Below, in pieces: positions 1 to 8,849 of a stretch of 64,000 nucleotides of DNA. The stretch's first letter is position 1; every line of letters begins with the position of its first letter. Position numbers and translations under genes: made by a program. Source of the stretch: Polaromonas sp. (GTDB taxonomy: Bacteria; Pseudomonadota; Gammaproteobacteria; Burkholderiales; Burkholderiaceae_C); NCBI RefSeq assembly GCF_012927415.1, contig NZ_JABBPF010000015.1:20213-84212 (forward strand), in the 5' to 3' direction. Below the pieces are notes generated by a model. That model was not told the DNA's origin. It was given only the letters and a program-made list of their open reading frames with translations, and did no database searches.

Positions 1-52
1 GAAAACCAATATTGAAGAGCGCCTGACGCAATGAATAAGCTGGGTTTCCCGT

Positions 53-58
53 TATAAT
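53..58 (+). promoter_or_regulatory. possible -10 hexamer (TATAAT) for the tRNA-His gene
   Basis: Perfect TATAAT about 10 nt upstream of the tRNA 5' end. No convincing -35 at 17-bp spacing. Confidence 0.3.
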
Positions 59-67
59 TGAGAACGC

Positions 68-144
68 GGTGGCTGTAGCTCAGTTGGTAGAGTCCAGGAT
101 TGTGATTCCTGTTGTCGTGGGTTCGAGCCCCATCAGCCACCCCA
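68..144 (+). tRNA. tRNA-His (anticodon GTG), with G-1 and encoded CCA
   Basis: Cloverleaf read by eye: G-1 + acceptor GTGGCTG/CAGCCAC, anticodon stem CAGGA/TCCTG with loop TTGTGAT, T-arm GTGGG-TTCGAGC-CCCAT, discriminator C, CCA. Confidence 0.95.
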
Positions 145-147
145 AGT
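96..147 (+). repeat. attL: 52-bp direct repeat (3' part of tRNA-His), identical copy at 22487-22538
   Basis: aggattgtgattcctgttgtcgtgggttcgagccccatcagccaccccaagt occurs at both positions. Confidence 0.9.
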
Positions 148-160
148 ACAGTATAGAAAG

Positions 161-189
161 CCTACTATTAATTCGATAGTAGGTTTTTT
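161..189 (+). terminator. rho-independent terminator after the reconstituted tRNA-His (island-borne copy)
   Basis: Stem cctactat/atagtagg, 7-nt loop, then TTTTTT. Confidence 0.7.
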
Positions 190-200
190 CTTGTCTGTAC

Positions 201-222
201 GATGTAAGGGCGGATGTAAGAC
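201..222 (+). repeat. GATGTAAG tandem (gatgtaagggcggatgtaagac), putative arm-type integrase binding sites, left arm
   Basis: Identical 22-mer at 22338-22359 near the other island end, in the same orientation. Confidence 0.55.
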
Positions 223-249
223 GATTTTGGAATCGAGCTCCTATCCCAA

Positions 250-762
250 TCACTTACACCCCAGTTTTTTACACTCCGTCTGCAGAGTGTCCAAAGCCTC
301 TTTCAATTCCCTGTCCTTTGTATCGCACACTGACACGTGAGCCGCAAGCTCGCTCGTCACTGAGGCACGATGCACTGTCCCCGCCAGGGTCTGGCTAGAA
401 CGGTTTTTTTCGTAGTCCAGTTTCCTCGTCCGTTGCTCGCACCCCTGCCTGTTATTGAGTACATCGGCCTGTGCTTTGGGAATCCACAATTCCTGTAAAT
501 CCCGTGTGCGGCGCTCCGTCTGGCTTTGGCTTACCAACCCCTCAATTCTTTGCGCTTCTGTAAGGGGTTTAGCCCCTGACGGGCTGACTGGCTGGCGCGG
601 CGCTTGTCCAGATGCCGGCCGAACGCTTATTGCTTCACCCTTGCCCAGGCACGGAGCATCTTGAAAACTGACCTTGCCGTCAGCCTCGGTGCATTTGTTG
701 ATGGCCCACGCTGGCGCGTGAAGTAAAACGACAGCTACGAAAAGGCACATATTTTTGCTCAT
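250..762 (-). CDS. secreted DUF4124-like protein
   Basis: Signal peptide (…LLHAPAWA) followed by INKCTEADGKVSFQDAPC, which resembles the DUF4124 signature. GAGGGA RBS upstream of the ATG. Confidence 0.55.
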   Translation of the reverse strand: MSKNMCLFVAVVLLHAPAWAINKCTEADGKVSFQDAPCLGKGEAISVRPASGQAPRQPVSPSGAKPLTEAQRIEGLVSQSQTERRTRDLQELWIPKAQADVLNNRQGCEQRTRKLDYEKNRSSQTLAGTVHRASVTSELAAHVSVCDTKDRELKEALDTLQTECKKLGCK

Positions 763-804
763 GAATTCCCTCTATTAATTTATTGTGGTGCAACCTCGGA
801 CAGC

Positions 805-825
805 AAAAAACCCGCACGTGGCGGG
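805..825 (-). terminator. rho-independent terminator after the 849-1887 operon
   Basis: Minus strand reads cccgc-cacgt-gcggg followed by TTTTTT, 24 nt after the stop at 849. Confidence 0.6.
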
Positions 826-848
826 CTAGCTGGGCACGGCTGTAGGCA

Positions 849-1349
849 CTAACTCAGCCCTAACCGACGGTGAAACTCCTTTGCAAAGTCGGAGACTTGA
901 TTGGAAAGCTCGGCGTCTCCGCATGCGATAGACGCAAACCCAGATGCTGCCAGGGTCCGGTGGAAGAAGTTTGTTAACTCTTGTCGATGGGCGTCTTCGG
1001 CTTCGGTACCAAGCATTCCAGCAACTTGAAATTTTCGTGGCTGACCGACGTACATATCCATGATGTGTGGTGATGCGCCATGCACATAACCTGAATAGAG
1101 CTTGCTAATCGATCTTAGCGTCTCCACCACCGTACTTTGGTCGTGCGGGGGTGACGCTTGTCGTGCAAGGTAGGCATAAATTTGTTGTCGCGCAATCGTT
1201 GGACGTTTCTGCGTTGACGCTAGAGCCGAATCTTCATCAAATTCTTCTTCATAGAACGCCTCCAAATATTTTGTGTGTAGTGGCGTTACGTCATTGTTTA
1301 TGAGAGCAAATGATAAAAATGTGATGTCATCATTCAACTCGTCAAGCAT
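849..1349 (-). CDS. hypothetical protein (C-terminal part of a possibly split gene)
   Basis: 166-aa ORF. It overlaps the upstream ORF by 16 nt. See the frameshift finding. Confidence 0.5.
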   Translation of the reverse strand: MLDELNDDITFLSFALINNDVTPLHTKYLEAFYEEEFDEDSALASTQKRPTIARQQIYAYLARQASPPHDQSTVVETLRSISKLYSGYVHGASPHIMDMYVGQPRKFQVAGMLGTEAEDAHRQELTNFFHRTLAASGFASIACGDAELSNQVSDFAKEFHRRLGLS

Positions 1350-1585
1350 TCGTTGGAGCGCACCTGCTCTTGAAAAAATCCCTTATCCATCAGTAGGCGA
1401 GTCGCGTGAAGTGTGCTCACTGCACGGACTAGTTTTTGAACAATCGCTTGCTGAATTGTTTTTTCCTGGTATCGAAAAACAAAAGAATTTTGGAACGGTA
1501 CCTTGCTAGGTGCGGGCACGTTCATTGCAAGTTGTTGTGCTGTGTGCGCCAGTTTGGCAAGGGCAAGGTCGTAACATTGATTCAT
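1334..1585 (-). CDS. hypothetical protein (N-terminal part of a possibly split gene)
   Basis: 83-aa ORF. ATGA overlap with the upstream 101-aa ORF. A T6 run lies in the region where both frames are open. Confidence 0.45.
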   Translation of the reverse strand: MNQCYDLALAKLAHTAQQLAMNVPAPSKVPFQNSFVFRYQEKTIQQAIVQKLVRAVSTLHATRLLMDKGFFQEQVRSNECLTS

Positions 1586-1887
1586 ACAGTGGCACCTGCA
1601 AGCACTTCGGCTTCATCCACGCGTTCCCAGTCCGTCAAGTCGTTTGACAATTCCCGCTCGGTGATGCCGTGGTTGGCTGCATACAGTCTCACGCATTTCA
1701 TGAACGTCACGGCCCGGCTGCCTTCAGGGTCCATCAGCGTGCTGTGCGCGCCACTGCTGCATGTCGCCAAGCCGATTATTTCGGCCAGGTCGCGAATGTC
1801 GGGGTGGTGGGCTTCGGTGTACGCGGCCAAAGAAAACGGGGCGCAAGTGGCGAACGGGTTTTCGGGATTCAGCATGTTGAAGTCCAA
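1582..1887 (-). CDS. hypothetical protein
   Basis: 101-aa ORF (TTG start at 1887; an ATG alternative at 1875). Its stop overlaps the next start (ATGA). Confidence 0.45.
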   Translation of the reverse strand: MDFNMLNPENPFATCAPFSLAAYTEAHHPDIRDLAEIIGLATCSSGAHSTLMDPEGSRAVTFMKCVRLYAANHGITERELSNDLTDWERVDEAEVLAGATV

Positions 1888-1980
1888 GTGAGTAAAGTTG
1901 CTGGAAGGCAGAATTTTTAGTCTCTGCGCCCATTTCGGGGCGACTCGTCACTTAACATTGTGTCGCCCCATCGCCCCTAA

Positions 1981-2913
1981 ATGAAGCAAAGAAAACCCTC
2001 GCCGCGCACACGAGCTAGAAATAAGACCCACCTGCTGTACACCTTGCTGGCACTGGTGCTTGGCCTGTCGTGCCATTCGTGCGCAGAAATTCCGTCCAGG
2101 CAGGAGGTTGTCGCTGCCGGCGCAAGTCTGGAGGTGCTGCTCAAGGGGCTGGGAGTTGCGGTACGCCAGCAAGCGGACGCTGTTGATAGGGCTCCCATCA
2201 GTGTTCCCGACGCTAGGTTGCCTACAGCCGATGCCGCATCGGCATTCGCCGCTTGTCGCCAATTCTTTGCTGCGGGCGCGCCGCCGATCGTTGCACCACG
2301 CCCGACGCACCGTGCCCTGTGCTACGACGCCTTTGCCATCCTGCATTCGGGCGAAAGCAAAACGGCGGTCTATGTTGCGGAAAAGCTCAACCGCGCCTCT
2401 GTGCTAGATGCCAACGAAACCCGAACCAACAAGTTCTACGCCGACGCCAGGCTGCGGGCAGCTGAGCGGGCAACGCTGGTCGACTACAAGGGCAGCGGCT
2501 TTGACCGGGGCCACCTTGCGCCTGCGGGCGACATGCCGACGCCCCAGGCCATGGCCCAGAGCTTTTCGCTGGCCAACATGGTCCCGCAGGCCCCGGAGCA
2601 CAATCGGGGCGCCTGGGCCAAGTCGGTAGAGCTGGCGACGCGGAAATACGCTGCAAGGGCAGTTGGCGATGTGTATGTCATCACCGGCCCGGTCTTTGCA
2701 CCCGATATTGCCCAGAGCCCAAGCATTGGCGCAGGCGAGGTACACGTTCCCAAATACCTGTTCAAGCTCGTCTACGACGAGAGTGCCCACCACGCCTGGG
2801 CGCACTGGCATCTGAACGACAACGCCACCCGTGCCTCCCGACCCATCAGCTACGGCGAATTGGTCCAGCGTACCGGCATTGAATTCCTGCCCGGGGTGCG
2901 CCTGGCAGATTGA
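1981..2913 (+). CDS. DNA/RNA non-specific endonuclease (EndoNS/NucA family), probably exported
   Basis: Motifs GFDRGHLAPAGDM and NMVPQAPEHNRGAW. Hydrophobic N-terminal segment LLYTLLALVLGLSC. Confidence 0.8.
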   Translation: MKQRKPSPRTRARNKTHLLYTLLALVLGLSCHSCAEIPSRQEVVAAGASLEVLLKGLGVAVRQQADAVDRAPISVPDARLPTADAASAFAACRQFFAAGAPPIVAPRPTHRALCYDAFAILHSGESKTAVYVAEKLNRASVLDANETRTNKFYADARLRAAERATLVDYKGSGFDRGHLAPAGDMPTPQAMAQSFSLANMVPQAPEHNRGAWAKSVELATRKYAARAVGDVYVITGPVFAPDIAQSPSIGAGEVHVPKYLFKLVYDESAHHAWAHWHLNDNATRASRPISYGELVQRTGIEFLPGVRLAD

Positions 2914-2980
2914 CGGCGAGTCGAAAGGAAAACCGCCTGAAAGTGGAGGGTGGGAGCTGCGCGGTTCCGCCGGACACCTA

Positions 2981-3000
2981 TACTGTGTATATGAACAGTG
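2981..3000 (+). promoter_or_regulatory. LexA SOS box (TACTGTGTATATGAACAGTG; CTGT-N8-ACAG) overlapping the umuD start codon
   Basis: Direct match to the CTGT-N8-ACAG consensus. The ATG at 2991 lies inside the box. Confidence 0.8.
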
Positions 3001-3431
3001 TTTTACAGTCCAGCGGCCCGGTGCCAGTTTCCGATACGCCACTGCTGGTCCAGTTGTTCCTCGGCCGCATTTGCGCCGGGTTTCCGTCTCCCGCAGAAGA
3101 CCTGGGCGCCCAGCGCATTGACCTGACCCGGGTGCTTATCACGCACCCCCAAGCCACCTACCTGTTGCGCGCCCGGGGCCACTCGATGGTCGAAGCAGGC
3201 ATTTTCGACAACGACATCCTGGTGGTGAACCGCGCATTGACCGCCCGGCATAAACAGATCGTCGTGGCCGTGGTGGACGGCGACTTCACCGTCAAGCAGC
3301 TGCACCTGCTGGCCGGGCGCATCAGGCTCAAGGCTGCCAACCCGACCTTTGCCGACATCGTGCCCAAGGAAGGCCAGCTGCTTGAAGTCTGGGGCGTGGT
3401 CACGGCCAGCATCAAGCAGTTTCCAGTCTAG
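2991..3431 (+). CDS. umuD: translesion polymerase V accessory subunit UmuD (S24 LexA-like peptidase)
   Basis: [10 protein letters not shown]…[12 protein letters not shown]…K in the typical UmuD arrangement. The start was chosen at the ATG within the SOS box; the ORF track starts at 2910. Confidence 0.85.
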   Translation: MNSVLQSSGPVPVSDTPLLVQLFLGRICAGFPSPAEDLGAQRIDLTRVLITHPQATYLLRARGHSMVEAGIFDNDILVVNRALTARHKQIVVAVVDGDFTVKQLHLLAGRIRLKAANPTFADIVPKEGQLLEVWGVVTASIKQFPV

Positions 3432-3442
3432 GGGCTGATGCC

Positions 3443-4741
3443 ATGTTCGCGCTGGTGGACGGAAATAACTTTTATGTAAGCTGCGAGCGTGTCTTTCGCC
3501 CCAGCCTGGCGGGCCAACCGGTCGTGGTCCTCTCAAACAATGACGGCTGCGCCATCGCCAGGTCCAACGAAGCCAAGTCGCTGGGGATCGCCATGGGCGC
3601 GCCTTGGTTTGAGATCGAGCACCTGGCCCAGTCCGCCGGGCTGGTGGCCTTGTCGGCCAATTTTGCCCTGTACGGTGACATGAGCGACCGCATGATGAGC
3701 GTGGCTGCCGGAATGGGACCGGGGCAGGAAATCTACTCCATCGACGAGTCCTTCATTGACCTTGCGGGCGTGCGCGGCAGTCTGCAGGAGCGCGGCCACA
3801 AGGTGCGCGAACGCATCCTGCAGTGGGTCGGGATTCCTTGCGGCATCGGCATCGGCGCCACCAAGACCCTGGCCAAAATGGCCAACCACATTGCCAAGAC
3901 CGCCGAGCGTAAGCCCGGCAGTTATCCGGCATCCCTGGCACAGGTCTGCAACCTGGCGGAGCTGGCACCGGCCGCGCTGGACGAAGTGTTGGCCGCTACA
4001 GCCGTGGGCGAAGTGTGGGGTGTGGGCCAGCGAATTGCTACGCAGTTGAACGAGGCGGGCGTACAGACCGTGCTGGACCTAACCCGGCTGGACCCGGCGA
4101 CGGTTCGCCGGCGCTGGTCGGTGGTGCTGGAGCGCACCGTGCGCGAGTTGCAGGGCATGTCGTGCATTCCACTGGAACTGGCGCCTGCCAATAAGCAGGA
4201 GATTGCCTGTACCCGGTCTTTTGGCTACCCGGTGACAAGCCTGAATGACCTGACGGAAGCGATCACGGAGTTTGCCTGCCGGGGGGCGCACAAGCTGAGA
4301 AGGCAGGGGAGTCTGGCCAACATGGTGCTGGTCTTTATCCGAACCAGTCCCTTCCGGCATTCGCCCCAGTACAGCTGCTCGATGAGCATTCCGCTGCGCC
4401 GGCCCAGTGCGCACAGCGCCGTCATCGTTTCTGCTGCACTTGCGGGGTTGCGCGCAATTTACCGGCCGGGTTACCAGTTTGCCAAGGCCGGCGTGATGCT
4501 GCTGGAGCTGCAGGCGAACTTGGTGTTGCAGGACGAACTTGATTTGGAGCCAGATGAGGCACCCGAACAGGCCGGGCTCATGACCGCGCTGGATGCTCTA
4601 AATCAGCGCTATGGACGAGGCACGGTAAAGCTGGCCAGCGCTGGGCTGGGAGGTGACCGGCGTCTTTGGTCAATGAAGCAGGAACGACTTACGCCGGGGT
4701 ACACGACCTGCTGGGCGGATATGCCAGTGGTGCGGGCGTAG
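3443..4741 (+). CDS. umuC: Y-family DNA polymerase V catalytic subunit UmuC
   Basis: N-terminus [20 protein letters not shown]…[10 protein letters not shown] is typical of UmuC. Gene follows umuD. Confidence 0.9.
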   Translation: MFALVDGNNFYVSCERVFRPSLAGQPVVVLSNNDGCAIARSNEAKSLGIAMGAPWFEIEHLAQSAGLVALSANFALYGDMSDRMMSVAAGMGPGQEIYSIDESFIDLAGVRGSLQERGHKVRERILQWVGIPCGIGIGATKTLAKMANHIAKTAERKPGSYPASLAQVCNLAELAPAALDEVLAATAVGEVWGVGQRIATQLNEAGVQTVLDLTRLDPATVRRRWSVVLERTVRELQGMSCIPLELAPANKQEIACTRSFGYPVTSLNDLTEAITEFACRGAHKLRRQGSLANMVLVFIRTSPFRHSPQYSCSMSIPLRRPSAHSAVIVSAALAGLRAIYRPGYQFAKAGVMLLELQANLVLQDELDLEPDEAPEQAGLMTALDALNQRYGRGTVKLASAGLGGDRRLWSMKQERLTPGYTTCWADMPVVRA

Positions 4742-5169
4742 CGGGCGTCGAATGCTGACTTGCTGGTAGGTGAGTTGGACGATCACACTTCAGTGACAAA
4801 TGCCGATGTGGTGGCTTTTTTCTGCCCCCAGCCTACAGGCAAACGCATTTGCTGATGTTGAATTTATACAAAGGAGAGATACTTTCCCCGCGTGAAATAC
4901 CGCGTGGTTTGTGGTGTGATGACGAGCTAGACTTTGGGGCCGCTGCGCCTCGTTTTATCAGTGTGTGTATCGCTAGTGGAGGCGGATTCGCCGACTCGGT
5001 TAGCGAGGCGTTTAAACAGCCGCTTTAGACCTGCAAGGGGGTACAGCAGTTTGCGGTTTGCTTGCTCCAAACCGGTCGTTGCGGATAACCAGATTCAACC
5101 CACATTCGTTGAAGGTGGGTTGAATAAGCTAGCATCGACTTTAAGCGGCCAGATATTTGAGAGGAAAGT

Positions 5170-5787
5170 ATGAATTTGAGTGGTGTGACTTCAAAGGTCG
5201 CAGCGTTTGTCGTGGAAAACAAGCGGATGCTGAGCATTTTTGCGTTTGCCCTCGGTATCTTTGCTTGGACAAACTGGTACTTTTCTGCTCCTAAACAGTT
5301 CGAGCGTTTCGCAGAAAAAGTCACTTACCAAGTATTCACCAGAGATATGCTCCTCTCCGCGTTAAAGGCACTACCCGACAAGACTACGGGCGGTGAAGAC
5401 GAGCCTAGTATCCATTGTGTTGGCGTGACATGCGCCGTGAAAATGGAGGTGACGTTTTATACGGACATCCTGAACGATAAAGACCCGAACAGTCGAATCA
5501 TTTCCTATTCGGTAACAGCAAGGTATTTTCCTCAAAATGTATTTTTCGGGCAGTCTCAATTGCTGCCCCAAAAAATCATGTGGACAGAGCGCGCTTGGGA
5601 ATGGGTCGTTGCAATTAAGTACCCCTCGGACAGCTCCAAAAATCTTTACTTTTACGGAAATTGGGCAGACCTCAACAACGTTCCTGTAGCAGATGGCAAT
5701 TTCTTCTACAACCAACTGTCGGCTATAGGTTCCAACATGTATAGAGGCTCCACCAGAGAGCTTGATAGCCTCAAGCAGAGCCTTTAA
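5170..5787 (+). CDS. hypothetical membrane-anchored protein (orphan, low-GC region)
   Basis: 205-aa ORF with one N-terminal TM helix (MLSIFAFALGIFAWTNWYF). GAGAGGAAAG RBS before the ATG. Confidence 0.5.
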   Translation: MNLSGVTSKVAAFVVENKRMLSIFAFALGIFAWTNWYFSAPKQFERFAEKVTYQVFTRDMLLSALKALPDKTTGGEDEPSIHCVGVTCAVKMEVTFYTDILNDKDPNSRIISYSVTARYFPQNVFFGQSQLLPQKIMWTERAWEWVVAIKYPSDSSKNLYFYGNWADLNNVPVADGNFFYNQLSAIGSNMYRGSTRELDSLKQSL

Positions 5788-6266
5788 TGACATCTAGCAC
5801 GAGCCGTCCCGGTTTTTGAGGGGAGGGTCTAACTTTTGGGAATATGGGCCTCCCGGAACCGCCCGGTGTAGGCGTCTAAACCGCAAGGGGAATTTCCGTC
5901 AATCAAGCAAGATTGAATAGCCGCTTCGCCGTGTCAGAACGGAAGGAAATTGGACTGCCAATTGGCGGGTATTCGCGACCGTCGGCTTCCGCTGCATTGC
6001 CGAAGTACCTCCCGCTCCGTTACAGACCGTCAATCTGAACGACTGCTTTGGAGAAAATTGACCGTCGGCCCCAGACTGGAAGCGGTCCTTCGTACATCGT
6101 CAGGCTCGGTCTGATTTAAGACATTGCTGACAAACCGACTCCTCAATTCATCGCCTCAAAGCCGACATTCAAGTGCTCTCGAAATCGAATCTCTGATGAC
6201 CGAATTACCTTAGCCAGAACCGTTTTCGTCGCGCTTAATGCAAATGCCGCGAAGGAACCACTTCGT

Positions 6267-6395
6267 AAGCAACTGGCCAAGTCATATTGAGTTCGTATGC
6301 GGTTCGCTTCGAATTAGACGTCAACCGTCCAACTTTCGGGGGTCAGTTCATGGCTGATGCCTCATACGAACTCAATATGACTTTGCCAGTTGCTT
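6267..6395. repeat. long inverted repeat: 33-nt arms (1 mismatch) with a 63-nt spacer
   Basis: aagcaactggccaagtcatattgagttcgtatg (6267-6299) against catacgaactcaatatgactttgccagttgctt (6363-6395). It lies 15 nt downstream of the stop of the 811-aa gene. Confidence 0.85.
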
Positions 6396-6409
6396 ATAGT
6401 CGAACGCCA

Positions 6410-8845
6410 CTATTCCTCGTCGTAATCAAACTTACGCAAAGTGATGGACTCATCGGCCCTCCGCTGCTCACTATCGCGCATGGACTCAAGCTGAGAGATG
6501 TACTTAGCAGCAAAGCTTCGGACGCGCTCGTTGGGATCTTGAAGCCAGTCGAGCACTTCACGGCGCTTCTCGTCATACGCCTCCGTCATCCCGTATTCAC
6601 CTGAGACGACGCCGGTATTCTGAAGAGCGATCTCGACTTCGGCGACGACTGGGCTGCTCCTGGGCAAACGCTTGATGAGTTCCTTTGCGACGGGTTGGAT
6701 GAAGGCCTCCCCGTTGTAGGCGCGCAGTACACCAGCCGCGAAGTCGAGCTCAATATCTCTACCTTCGCGAACTAGACGCACAAGTTCTGCTTGGAAGCCT
6801 TCAGAGAACTGTGGAAAGATCGCCTGTAGCAGTTTCGCGCCTCTGAACTCGAAGAGAGACGCGTCCTCGGCGTAGCAGTCCAACACTTTCTCGATCACCA
6901 TTTTTGGGTCGCTGGAGAGGCTGTCTTGCAACGTGTGGAACTGGTAGGGTAGTTCCTCGTACTCTCCGCCTGCCTTTTCGGCAAAGGCCGCAACGTGCTG
7001 CGCTGGCTCATACAGCCGATCGCAGAGGAACTCGACGACCACTCGAGGTTCGCGCTCCGCGATAGCGGCAAGCACATCCTCAGCTTGGTAGTCGATCTGC
7101 GGCAAGAGGCTTAGGTTTCTCAGTACCACGCGGCGCTCCTCGGGCGAGAACTCGGCAACCATTTCCGTCGCCTCTTTTCGGAACCAAATTTCTCTGACCC
7201 AGCCCGCATCGCCAAGCTCGGTAAGACGAGGCAAAGCTCGCAGGAACAACGCCTTCAGCTCGCCGCGTTCCTCTTCCTTTGCCGACCTGCCGATGGCCAC
7301 AGATGCGACTTGGCGCATGACAAAAGCGTCGCGAAGCGCGGTTGCCTTTTCTAACAGCCTTCCCAAGATGCCAGCATCGACATCTTTAGTCGACAAGAAA
7401 ACCTTTGCGCAGGCGTAGAGAAACGACGTCTCGTCTGCACGGGCCTCGGCGATCCACTTCAGTATGAGCGGAAGGAGCTCCTCCCGCTTCTCGCCGTCCC
7501 AGAGTCCGCGAAGTATCGGTATAAGGAATCTTGAGACCTGTTCGGACTCCTCGACGAGAAGATCCAACGCGAACTCTGGGTAGGTGGTCGCCACCTCCGC
7601 AAGGAATTCATAGAAGACAGGGAAGGTCGCTAGGTCATTGGACTCAGTCTGAGCAAATCTCAGAATCCTGCGACGCCATACATCGAACCCTTCGGCTGAA
7701 ACGCGAGCGGCAATGACACGGGCTTCCTTGCGCCTGGATTCTTGAGAACCCAGCGTGTAGGAGTCATCCCGCCTGTCCTTTGACCAATCTCCGAAGATTC
7801 CCTCAAAACCGACCAGCGTCTTGTAGATGGCGTACTCTCCACTGGAGTCGATGACCGCCTTCGTCTCAAGCGCCGCTGCTCTTACCCCTGCGGAGGCGCT
7901 GTGGAAATGAATCCAATAGCTGTCATGCTCAAGCTTCTGGACGACTTGCAGGTCTTCTTCCGCTTTGGCAATGTCACCAAAGAACCCGAGAACCTCCCTA
8001 GCATTTGCGGAGATCATGTCCGAAAACGCCTTGTCGACGACGCCTCTGCCATCCCCTCGCGCAGCCGCATTCATCGCTCTGATGACAGACAACTTATGCG
8101 ACTTGGTCTCAACGAGTTTGTAGAGCCTTTTGACGAGAGCGATGCTTCGCTTGCGGACCTCGACGACGCCTTGATCAGCCGGGACTACAGCGCGGGACAG
8201 AGTCACCGCCGTCGACGACCAGTTTGCCGACTCCATGGAGGGTGAAAGTAGGCCCTCAATTAGAGTAAGAACGCCACGCAGGTGGTTCCTCAGCTCCTCA
8301 TCAGTTTGCTTTTCAAGGGTGTCGATGACCAGAAGCTGAGGCATCGAGCCGATCCCTCTGCCACCGGGAGTGCCATCACCGAAGTACACGGAGATGTTGT
8401 ACTTGGCCAGGCCGCTCAGATCTGACGATGCCGTCTTGCGCACGGACTCTTCTTCATGTGTCGAAGCCCAAAGCAGGCTCTCGACAACGGCCGACGTCTC
8501 CAAATAACGCAGCGCATTGAGCAGGTCGATGCCTTTGGAAATCAAGCTGTAAGCGTTGCGGTACCGGGAAATAGCCGTTAGCTGCGCTCCATATTCATCC
8601 GAATGCATCAGAGGCCGAGTCTCAACAGTACGAATGAAGCTATCTGCGGCAGACACGACGTCCTTGCTTCGTCGGGACCCTACCGTGAGCAGCACATCCA
8701 AGCTGAACTCAAGGGCTTCGTACTCAGTCCTTTCAGCAAGGGTTGTAAATGCCTGCTCGCACGCACGCGCGATCGCTTCATCCGCTGCAGGGGTGTTTGA
8801 TTGAGCCAAGCGCCCAAGGACTTTGATACGCGTCGCGGAGTCCAC
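6410..8845 (-). CDS. large all-helical HEAT/ARM-like repeat protein, function unknown
   Basis: 811-aa ORF with a GTG start 4 nt after the stop of the PIN-like gene. HEAT-like segment DPNERVRSFAAKYI. No catalytic motif recognised. Confidence 0.6.
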   Translation of the reverse strand: MDSATRIKVLGRLAQSNTPAADEAIARACEQAFTTLAERTEYEALEFSLDVLLTVGSRRSKDVVSAADSFIRTVETRPLMHSDEYGAQLTAISRYRNAYSLISKGIDLLNALRYLETSAVVESLLWASTHEEESVRKTASSDLSGLAKYNISVYFGDGTPGGRGIGSMPQLLVIDTLEKQTDEELRNHLRGVLTLIEGLLSPSMESANWSSTAVTLSRAVVPADQGVVEVRKRSIALVKRLYKLVETKSHKLSVIRAMNAAARGDGRGVVDKAFSDMISANAREVLGFFGDIAKAEEDLQVVQKLEHDSYWIHFHSASAGVRAAALETKAVIDSSGEYAIYKTLVGFEGIFGDWSKDRRDDSYTLGSQESRRKEARVIAARVSAEGFDVWRRRILRFAQTESNDLATFPVFYEFLAEVATTYPEFALDLLVEESEQVSRFLIPILRGLWDGEKREELLPLILKWIAEARADETSFLYACAKVFLSTKDVDAGILGRLLEKATALRDAFVMRQVASVAIGRSAKEEERGELKALFLRALPRLTELGDAGWVREIWFRKEATEMVAEFSPEERRVVLRNLSLLPQIDYQAEDVLAAIAEREPRVVVEFLCDRLYEPAQHVAAFAEKAGGEYEELPYQFHTLQDSLSSDPKMVIEKVLDCYAEDASLFEFRGAKLLQAIFPQFSEGFQAELVRLVREGRDIELDFAAGVLRAYNGEAFIQPVAKELIKRLPRSSPVVAEVEIALQNTGVVSGEYGMTEAYDEKRREVLDWLQDPNERVRSFAAKYISQLESMRDSEQRRADESITLRKFDYDEE

Positions 8846-8849
8846 TGCG

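Noticed and set aside
2910-2990. N-terminal extension of umuD in the ORF track
   Set aside because: The extension would begin inside the nuclease stop region and upstream of the LexA box. The ATG at 2991 gives a normal-length UmuD.
5094-5124. 10-bp stem hairpin ttcaacccac/gtgggttgaa upstream of the 205-aa orphan gene
   Set aside because: No T-run and no recognisable motif. Possibly a 5'-UTR structure, but the evidence is too weak to call.
6287-6604. 105-aa plus-strand ORF
   Set aside because: Starts inside the 33-bp-arm inverted repeat and runs antisense into the 811-aa gene. Most likely spurious.
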